Below, piece after piece: positions 55,475 to 64,000 of a stretch of DNA of 64,000 nucleotides. Every line of letters begins with the position of its first letter. The stretch's first letter is position 1. The notes under the pieces were generated by a model. The model saw only the letters and a program-made list of their open reading frames with translations, made no database searches and was not told where the DNA came from. The translations under genes were made by a program, and so were the position numbers. The DNA comes from Tubiluchus corallicola (Eukaryota; Animalia; Priapulida), in the NCBI GenBank assembly GCA_030141605.1, contig JAQGDQ010000436.1:62001-126000 (forward strand). Reading direction: 5' to 3'.

Positions 55475-56484
55475 TCAATGGATATTTAATTAATACATAA
55501 ATATACATTAGTGACAATAGATTTTATGTGCTTTACTTACTAAACCACATAATTCCCAACATTTCATTAAAATGCAAGACTTTTTCCCATTCAATTCAGT
55601 ACCATTCTTATGTAAATACGTTAATTTTTCCTTATAGATTTTTTTCACATAGTTGGAGTGCCGACTTCCTGACCCATAAAAATGATATTATAAATGAAAT
55701 ATTCGTTTCTTTCAGGCTGCTGAAAAAGTTGCTACTGATTCTTACCTCAACCGTCTGGACGAGTCATACAGGAGTTCTAAAAGATCACGCCGTTATTAAA
55801 ACCGATGGAAAATGTCCGTATCTGCAAATTGTTTGCAAATTTATTGAATAAGAAACTGTGCTTCTTGGAGAACTTGCGATTAAAGGCAATTGTCTATTGG
55901 TTCTTTTTGGCGACAATTTAAGTTTTGAAGTACGAAACTCTAAAGAACTTTTAGCCGGTTATATATAACAAGATGCTTTTCTAATCTTGCTGGTCGTTTT
56001 TCATAAATCGCTTAATGATTTCAAAATTCTATTACGCAAATATATCTGAAACTAAAGTTGTAAGACTGTTGTAATTTTTCAATTTTATATCATAATTTCA
56101 TTAATTGTACAGTACAGCTTTTGCATGTTTGTTAAGCAAATTACAATAATGATAAAAGCCATTAATTAACAATAATAATCAGTTAGTAAATTATTGTGTG
56201 GACGGTATATGTCCGTTCACCCATTGTAACACTGACTTGTGAACACACTGAGTCACATTCAATTACTGTTTATGCGGGCTAAAACTGAGTCTGTCACTAT
56301 ACAGAATGGCATGCAGTTGGAGGACAGCCGGTACTTGTTATCACAAAAAAATTTCACGTTTTATTGTCGTTCAAACTTCACTATTAAAGATTAGTTAAAA
56401 TGGTATTGTTGTGCGTGGTGCATTGAATGTATTGTACAAATAAGGTTACAAGATCCAATTGTAATGGATTATGTTATTCGTCAG

Positions 56485-56725
56485 AACTGTCACCCGTCAC
56501 TGTCATTCAAACGTAACAAACCGTTATGCAAACTGAATGCCATTGTGATGCTTCTAACTGTCTCTCGTCACTGTCATTCAAACATAGCAAACCGTTATGC
56601 AAACTGAATGCCATCGCGATGCTTCTAACTATCACTCGTCACTGTCATTCAAACGTGGCAAGTTATAATGTACAATGAATGCTACTGTGATCGTTAAATT
56701 GTCACACATCACAATCGTTCAAACA
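56485..56725. repeat. About 71-bp minisatellite, 3+ copies, downstream of the sulfotransferase stop
   Basis: CGTCACTGTCATTCAAAC...CGTTATGCAAACTGAATGCCAT...GATGCTTCTAACT repeated. Confidence 0.85.
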
Positions 56726-56942
56726 TGAAGAACTGTTATGGATGTCGATCGTTATCCATATCAATGCTACCCAAACTTTGCGTATACTGTTCACACTAAA
56801 CGTGTCCTGTGTCCCGGCCCCTCTTGTCTGTACTTATAGTAAAAGAATCGGTAAGCAAAAACAATTACAATACGTATAATGCTGTATACTGGCTTTTGCT
56901 TCAACTGAAAAAACGATGCACGAAGTGTCACATGTTTAACTA

Positions 56943-58634
56943 TTACTTAGGTCTGAAATTATTTATAGGCTTGTATCTAGTATAATTTAATACGTCCATT
57001 AAAGATTTACAGTTAGCCTCAACAAGTTTTATGTGTTGTGGAATCATTTCTTCTCTCCATTTATTAGCAGCAGCAATCGGGTTAAGTCTACAGGTGCTGT
57101 AATCGTGCCCGTCTTTACCAGAAATCACCTTGTCTTTGTGATCATGCTCACCGTCACTACCACATTGTCGAACAAATTTCAGCACATGATCGTGCACTTT
57201 TATGCCAACAAAATCATACATTTCTTTCACGACAGGTGTCGTGTTTCTTGCTAAATCTTCATACCGTAACAAGTAATAAGAGTTTGGATGATCTTCCCGC
57301 AAAGTTTCTCCGTTGATAGTGTTCAAATATGCACGTTTACAATCTTTCCTTGTTTTCCGAGCCAGACTAGCAAGCGTGGGATTAAAGTTTTTCCTGGAAA
57401 CTCTCATTTCAGAGTTTACCTTGCCTCGTGGATCACGTACTAAGTGTATAACTTTGACATCCATGTCTGTCCTTGCCAGAAGAGATCGTAGCTCAGAAAT
57501 ATTGCACTCGATTAGTTTAGCAGCAGAATACTCATAGTTCCGGCAAATTCTTGACACACGTTCTCTAAACACTGACGTATTGTATTGCCTGATTAAATAA
57601 TCTTTGCAAAAACGTAGTATCTGCTGCTTATTGCGGCCTGTCATCTCCTTTGGGCAATGAATGGAGACTTCTGTACCGAGATCTTGTAAAAGTGCTGCAG
57701 ACTGTTCTATGTGGTGTTTAAATACGCCTTCTGGAACATTCCAAGTAGCAGAACTTCGATAAGCATTGCGAACTTTGCATCGAAGCAAATTTTCTAGCGA
57801 CAGATCCGTCCGGCCTACTTGGTCTGTCTCCAGGAATTTCTCTGGCTCGTACGAATAAAATATTTTTGGATGTTTGTTGAAGATCTCCCCGGCAAAAGAT
57901 GATCCGCTGCGATGCTGAGAACAGATGATGATGACTTTTTTCTTGTTGCTTTCGTCTACAAGAACATTGGTATGTTCCTCTTGGTCCGTATTATTAGGTT
58001 GTACTTTTTTCAATACTGGTAACACTATTTCATGTTGCTGTCCTTGTGTCAAAGTCATAGACTTGATGTAAGGACGTATTTTGCTTTCTAAACTTGGCAA
58101 AAATGTAACTATTAGACTATAATATATTGAAAGAAACCATACTATCTTTTCAAAAATGACTTACGTGAAAGAAATATTACCACACAAACATAATTTCTTA
58201 CAGAATAAAATGTGGCATATACAATTACACATAATTTATTGATAATATAATTATATATTTTTAGTTATACAGATAAATGTATATATATAATTACTTGGGC
58301 AATTAGTGAATTAAATGACAAACAACTTTGCACTTAAAATTTCTCTTTAAATTATATTATTTGACAAGGCTTTTTAAAATTTAAAGAGAAATTTTAAGTG
58401 CAAAGTTGTTTGTTATTTAATTCGCTTATTGCCCAAGTAATTATTATCTTTTAATAACATGTAAGTATTTAAAATCGTAAAAATCAATATTAAAGTAGTT
58501 AGTGACTAGCCAAGAATGTGAAATGAAATACTACCGTTTATTTTAGTTAATGCTTCGCCGGGGCTACGTAACATGAAAAATATAGTACACGAAAAACAGA
58601 AGCACGACACTAGCAAAGATTTCAACCTGAGCAT
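56943..58634 (-). CDS. Golgi carbohydrate sulfotransferase (CHST1/3/5-like Gal/GlcNAc-6-O family), about 421 aa
   Basis: Exon 58634-58535 (MLRLKSLLVSCFCFSCTIFFMLR, type II anchor) spliced in phase to 58108-56943; 5'-PSB HRSGSSFAGEIFNKHPKIFYSYEP, 3'-PB KVIHLVRDPRG, LRYEDL. Probable 5'UTR exon ends at 58909. Confidence 0.88.
58287..58444. repeat. Long fold-back inverted repeat (MITE-like) in the sulfotransferase intron
   Basis: 67-bp arms at 58287-58353 and 58378-58444 with 3 mismatches and a 24-nt loop. Confidence 0.9.
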
Positions 58635-59920
58635 TTCGCCTCTGTTGGTAAAAGCGAGACGCGGCGAGCCCCCGTACTTATCGTATCTTTCGCTGCCTTA
58701 GGACATGTCAAAATGGTTGTCACCAGTAGTTGTCTATTATTCCGTCATTAACTTGTCCTCAAGTTCCAGCTTATGTGGTGCAACGACCTTTATAACTCAA
58801 GTGCAGCGTTAAAGCACAACCGGGCCCAATCATAATAATAATAGGACAAAATAATGTACTCTTTAAAATATTGAAAGGAACCATACTATCTTCTCAAAAA
58901 TGACTTACGTGAAAGAAATATTACCACACAAACACAATTTTGCTTTCGCGCCATTAGTTCTTCGTTGTTACATGCACTTTGCCATTCGCTAGTTTGACCG
59001 GCATTAGCGCGCCTGCAGTTCGGAAATGCATTGCGAAAAAAACAAGCGACGTACCTCTCAGTTCAGATGTGTTAATTTGTGATGAACTACACACTTTCCA
59101 CGGCTCATGCATGAGCACAGCGGTAAATTTGAAATTTGAATTTTATTTTAAAACTTGACTAGTTTTAGTACAACACATTGAATATGTTACAGTAGCACAA
59201 TGTGCTTCAACTTTCGCTTTTGAAAACACTTGCAACGCACTCGTGGAATATTTTTGCTGTTGAATTATGTTAGTTTGTGATGTCATCAACAGTTGGGCTC
59301 GCCCGAGGTTAATTAAGATTTTTATCTATTATTTAATTATCAGAAACGCTTTTGCAGTATTAATTGTGTTAAAATGTATACTTTTTTTTATGGGACTTGA
59401 AAATGGGGCAGATATGAAAAATCATCCCCTCTTCTTTTAACATTTCATTAATTCACAACACACTGTTGTTTTAAAGCGACAAAAATGATCTGAAACTAGA
59501 AGTGCTAACAGCCCAGGTTTGTTTAAACGACATCAACAGCAAAGTTTACTTTGTGAGGTTATTAAAGAAGATTAATTGGTTGCAGTTTATGCGATCGACA
59601 CACCATTTGTAAAATCATATTATGCTTTATGTTGGTGGCGCTGCTGCAGTTCATGGCGCACGTAAATTTGATAGTCTCTCGTACGTTTTTGTACAAAAGT
59701 AGATTTTATATTCTGACAAAATAATTTTGGACCTCGTATGCAGTTGACATTTATAGTGTTAGATCGTCTGTGCACTGGCAAGCTGTTCATTTTACCGGCA
59801 GTCTGTATAATTTTGACAAATTGATGGTATTGCGGAGACTTCGTTCAAGTTTTCCCGCCATTTGGAGCTTCACAAAGGAATTCGGTTACCGGTAAACACA
59901 GACATACACGAGCGTACAGA

Positions 59921-60796
59921 ATGACTTCGACAAGCGATCACAACATTACCCTGGATGAGTTTCGACTGTTAAACCCAAAACAAAGAGAAAAAGTCAATAA
60001 AAGTGAATTACTGAGGCTACTATCAGAATCAGAAATGACACCGCAAGCAGAGTCAGGTCTCGAGGACAGCAGTAAAGGCACTGAACTAGAAAGTCAAGCA
60101 GCTATGGAAGCAAGGATTATTCAACAGGTTAGATTATTAATTTTTCCATTATCCAAGGAAATCTCTGAACTAAAGCAGCTCACAGATCAAGTTAAATCTA
60201 GCCAGGACTTTATAAGCAGCAAATTTGACCAATTTAAAATGGAGACAGATGCTTTAAAAAAGACCACCAATGATCTTACTAAAAAATTAAACGAGCTAGA
60301 GAGAAAGCAGGATGATTTAGACCAGTATGGGCGACGGGACACCCTCATTATCTCCGGTATACCCCAAGCTAGTGATTATGAAAATACTGACGAAATTGTT
60401 TGTCAAGTAGGTCAAGCCCTCAAGGTGAACATCTGTAAAGAGGACATCTCGATCTCCCATCGATTGCCACGAAAAGAAAGTGCTACAAGACCACCTCAGA
60501 TTATTGTGAAATTTATAAAACGGAAAGTAAGAGACTGTTTGTGGCAAAACAAACCCAAGAGAAATGGATCTCTTAAGGCTAGTGATTTAGGGTATGTTTC
60601 ACATAATCTTGTGTACATTAGTGAAAGTTTAACTAATCGTAGACGTGTATTACTTAACAAATGTCTCGAACTAAAAAGAAACAAAGTAATCTTGTATGTT
60701 TGGACTAAAAATGGCCAGATTTTCATCAGGAAAACTGAATCATCTGAACCCTTCCCTGTAAACAATTTTGATGATGTAGATAAATTAAAACACTAA
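59921..60796 (+). CDS. LINE ORF1 protein (coiled coil, RRM, C-terminal domain)
   Basis: LDQYGRRDTLIISGIP, ISISHRL, PPQIIVKF, VYISESLT, YVWTKNGQIFIRK. Confidence 0.9.
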   Translation: MTSTSDHNITLDEFRLLNPKQREKVNKSELLRLLSESEMTPQAESGLEDSSKGTELESQAAMEARIIQQVRLLIFPLSKEISELKQLTDQVKSSQDFISSKFDQFKMETDALKKTTNDLTKKLNELERKQDDLDQYGRRDTLIISGIPQASDYENTDEIVCQVGQALKVNICKEDISISHRLPRKESATRPPQIIVKFIKRKVRDCLWQNKPKRNGSLKASDLGYVSHNLVYISESLTNRRRVLLNKCLELKRNKVILYVWTKNGQIFIRKTESSEPFPVNNFDDVDKLKH

Positions 60797-60833
60797 TCCC
60801 TTCTTCACTCGTTTGAATCAATTTCTCATTGTA

Positions 60834-63800
60834 ATGGTTAGCTTTAATTGTACTAAGTGTAATAAAACTTGCAAAGCAAATCAAAACTCAATTCAATGTG
60901 ATGTGTGTTCCCTCTGGACACATCTAAAGTGTACAATGTTGTCTCATCATGAATTTGTAAATTTAGCAAATTCTAATGACAGTTACTTCTGCCAGCAATG
61001 CATTAATGATGTGCTTCCTTTGCAGTTCATTGATGATGATGAATTTATGGAAATGACTAATCACTATCAATTTTCTAATTTTGTAAAAGATTTATCTTGC
61101 TTTTCATCAATTTATGACTCTTCTTCGCTAGTCCACTGTAATAGAGATGATACAGACATCGACAATTATAGACTTCAGTATGACAGCAAATACATTAATC
61201 TTGCAAATCTGAGTAGTGATAAATCCACAGATAAAGCAAACAATGACACATTTATAATACACTTTAACACATCAAGTTTGAGGAAATACTATTCAGACAT
61301 GACTGATACATTAACACAATTTCAAAAAATGCCTGAGTTAATAGCGATCTCGGAAACCAGAATTCACGAATCTGACACTTTTTTATGTAACATTCCAGGA
61401 TATTCTTTCTTACACTATGATTCCAATACAGCTGCTGGTGGCGTAGGTGTGTATGTAAAATCTAGTCTCAATTTTAAAATTAAACCTGAATACAAAATAA
61501 GAACTTGTAAAAATGTTATTGTTAATGGGATTAGTACAACTAGTAGACTAGCACTTGAGGACCTGTGGCTCGAAATTGCTTCCACCGATAACAAAAAATC
61601 TTTCATATTTGGAGTAATATATAGGCATCCAAACACCCCAGTCGAACATTTTCATGACGAATTAGAATCAGTTCTTTGCACTATCAACTCCACAGGCAAA
61701 CCAGCTTATATATGTGGAGACATTAATATAGATTTATATCAACATGATAACAAGCCATTTATTAATAAGTATCTCAACATGCTCTTCTCAAATCAATTTA
61801 CACCAATTATCACGCGACCAACTAGAATTACTCCAACGTCACACACCTTAATTGATCATATTTATACTAATAATCTTTCTACACCCATCACATCTGGCAT
61901 CATTACTAACCCCATTGCGGACCACTTGCCAATATTTGCCATTATAAGAAATACTAATCTCCTGCACAACAAGATTAAAAAATCAGTCAGATGTACGAGA
62001 TCATTCAATCAAGGTAACTTTTTAAGCGAGCTTCAAGTTAATATAAGTAACCTAACACTGAATGATGGCGAAGCAGACATACACTCTTACTGCTCACAAT
62101 TCATGGACTCGTTTAAAACATTACTTGATAAACATGCCCCACTCAAAACGTTATCAAGGAAAAACTCAAAAACTATAGCTAAACCATGGATCACTCCCGG
62201 CATTCTTAATTCTATTAAAACAAGAAGCCGTATGTATACAACACACAAGTTATCCAACTCGCTGTATAAGCAAAATTTATATAAAACATATTCTAACAAA
62301 CTTAATCACATCAAACATGCATCCAAAAAGAAGTATTACTCCCAGATCTTGGTTGCAAACAAAAATAACATGAAACAAACTTGGAGCACTATCAATGAAC
62401 TTCTCAAAATTAAAAAAAGGACAGCTAGTATAATGCCAACTAAAGTTCGTTACCAAGGCACAACCTCGTGTGACCCGCACCATAAAGCTAATGCTTTTAA
62501 CAGTTTTTTTGCAAACATTGGTATATCACTGGCATCACGCATAACACAACCCGAAAACTGTAAGTATACAGACTATTTAATGCATCCCCAAGAAAATTCT
62601 TTCTATATCACACCAGTTAGCGAAATCGAGATTTCCCAAGCTATTGATAGACTAGATCCCAATAAAGCAAAAGGCCCTTATGACATCCCAATTACATATT
62701 TTAAAATGTCCAAAAACATAATTTTAGCTCCGCTTACAAATCTGTTTAATGCGTCAATTCTGACTGGGACATTCCCCGACACTTTAAAACTGGCAAAAGT
62801 AATCCCCATATATAAAAAAGATGATCCAAATGAGCTGAACAACTACCGACCTATCTCACTCATATCACCCATTGCCAAAATTTTTGAGTCAATTTTATAT
62901 AAACGCCTGATGACATATTTAATCAAAAATGATACAATATCATGTTTTCACTTCGGTTTCCGCAAAAATCATTCCACAATATTAGCAACTGCTGAAATCA
63001 TAGACAATCTTCTGACAAACCTAGACAATAAATTACTTACCTGCGGCATTTTTCTTGATTTAACAAAAGCTTTTGACACCGTTCAACACGACATTTTACT
63101 CAACAAAATGGACTATTATGGTATCCGTGGAATCACGCAAAAACTATTCCAGTCATATCTTACAAACAGACACCAGTTTACGGTTGTTGACAATTTTGCC
63201 TCTGACCGATGCTCAATTCAGTGTGGTGTACCCCAAGGATCCACCTTGGGTCCACTTCTTTTCCTGATATATATAAATGACCTCCCTCTTTGTACTAACA
63301 TGCAAACACGACTTTTTGCTGATGACACTAACCTCTTCTTAGCAGACAACGATACGCAAAATCTTGAGCTTAGAAGTAATGAAGAATTGATCAAAATTAA
63401 CACATGGATGCGTACAAATAAGTTAACAGTAAACTATAATAAAACAAAATTTATGATCATAAGAAATAAATTTGAAAACAATGAAAACTCCATTATAACA
63501 GTATCCATGCAAGACTGTTTATTAGAACAAGTATCAGACATAAAATATCTGGGCGTCTACATAGATGACACCCTTAATTGGTCAACACACATAAAAAATA
63601 TTACCTACAAAGTAAGCAAAGTTACAGGTATATTTTTTAAATTGGGGCATTACTTGAGCACGGATATACTAAAAATGATTTACTTTGCCATTGTGTACCC
63701 ACACATTAACTATTGTATCTTATCGTGGGGCACAGCAAAAAAATCTGTTTTGAAACCTCTTACATCAGCACATAACAAAATTATCAAAACAATGACTTTT

Positions 63801-64000
63801 GCTGGGTTCCGAGATCATGCTACCCCTTCCTATTATGCTTTGCAATTATTAAAAATTAATGAAATTTATAAGCTTGAGTTAGCGAAATTCATGTTCAAGT
63901 ATAAAAAGTGCATTCTACCTAAATTATATGGCAATTATTTCAAAAAGATTAGTGACGTTCACCAGTATTCTACGAGAGCAGCTACCAAACAAAACTATTT
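60834..64000 (+). CDS. LINE ORF2: PHD finger, APE endonuclease, reverse transcriptase (partial)
   Basis: Frame starts MVSFNCTKC...; endonuclease motifs IAISETR, GGVGVYV, YRHP, GDINID, LIDHIY, DHLP; RT motifs NYRPISL, FGFRK, FLDLTKAFDTV, GVPQGSTLGP, FADD. It is absent from the ORF track, consistent with no stop before the window edge. Confidence 0.93.
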   Translation, partial: MVSFNCTKCNKTCKANQNSIQCDVCSLWTHLKCTMLSHHEFVNLANSNDSYFCQQCINDVLPLQFIDDDEFMEMTNHYQFSNFVKDLSCFSSIYDSSSLVHCNRDDTDIDNYRLQYDSKYINLANLSSDKSTDKANNDTFIIHFNTSSLRKYYSDMTDTLTQFQKMPELIAISETRIHESDTFLCNIPGYSFLHYDSNTAAGGVGVYVKSSLNFKIKPEYKIRTCKNVIVNGISTTSRLALEDLWLEIASTDNKKSFIFGVIYRHPNTPVEHFHDELESVLCTINSTGKPAYICGDINIDLYQHDNKPFINKYLNMLFSNQFTPIITRPTRITPTSHTLIDHIYTNNLSTPITSGIITNPIADHLPIFAIIRNTNLLHNKIKKSVRCTRSFNQGNFLSELQVNISNLTLNDGEADIHSYCSQFMDSFKTLLDKHAPLKTLSRKNSKTIAKPWITPGILNSIKTRSRMYTTHKLSNSLYKQNLYKTYSNKLNHIKHASKKKYYSQILVANKNNMKQTWSTINELLKIKKRTASIMPTKVRYQGTTSCDPHHKANAFNSFFANIGISLASRITQPENCKYTDYLMHPQENSFYITPVSEIEISQAIDRLDPNKAKGPYDIPITYFKMSKNIILAPLTNLFNASILTGTFPDTLKLAKVIPIYKKDDPNELNNYRPISLISPIAKIFESILYKRLMTYLIKNDTISCFHFGFRKNHSTILATAEIIDNLLTNLDNKLLTCGIFLDLTKAFDTVQHDILLNKMDYYGIRGITQKLFQSYLTNRHQFTVVDNFASDRCSIQCGVPQGSTLGPLLFLIYINDLPLCTNMQTRLFADDTNLFLADNDTQNLELRSNEELIKINTWMRTNKLTVNYNKTKFMIIRNKFENNENSIITVSMQDCLLEQVSDIKYLGVYIDDTLNWSTHIKNITYKVSKVTGIFFKLGHYLSTDILKMIYFAIVYPHINYCILSWGTAKKSVLKPLTSAHNKIIKTMTFAGFRDHATPSYYALQLLKINEIYKLELAKFMFKYKKCILPKLYGNYFKKISDVHQYSTRAATKQNY

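Larger units (their letters stand above)
59630..64000 (+). mobile_element. Apparently intact CR1/L2-group non-LTR retrotransposon (3' end beyond the window; 5' boundary approximate)
   Basis: 5'UTR, ORF1, a 37-bp spacer, then an uninterrupted ORF2 with APE endonuclease and reverse transcriptase. Confidence 0.93.

Noticed and set aside
52200-56900. Histone H1 gene completing a quintet
   Set aside because: No Lys/Ala/Pro-rich globular-domain ORF and no fifth stem-loop.
60317-63403. Short ORFs within the LINE
   Set aside because: Antisense or alternate frames of ORF1 and ORF2.

Overview
AT-rich animal (invertebrate-type) genomic DNA with spliceosomal introns; no prokaryotic features or CRISPR. 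Exon chains were assembled by eye with consistent splice phases. Genes left to right: CPTP/GLTP-family ceramide-1-phosphate transfer protein (-, 3 exons), head-to-head with FERRY3/C12orf4 (+, 11 exons); protein disulfide isomerase P4HB (-, 12 exons, one GC-AG intron, KDEL end); Rho GDP-dissociation inhibitor (-, 4 coding exons) directly upstream of PDI; one replication-dependent core histone quartet (H4<->H3, H2B<->H2A, no H1); a small orphan leucine-zipper ORF; a type II carbohydrate sulfotransferase (-); and an apparently intact CR1/L2-group LINE running off the right edge. Introns and spacers carry a 5S-headed RTE-type SINE with a target-site duplication (TSD), a Penelope remnant with a hammerhead core, and several MITEs. 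Most notable: an unusually long (about 24 nt) histone downstream element shared by all four histone genes that predicts a divergent U7 snRNA, the RhoGDI->PDI gene pair matching vertebrate neighbourhoods, a decayed copy of the sulfotransferase 5' end on the far side of the histone quartet, and the orphan zipper gene. I found no clear new multi-gene system.
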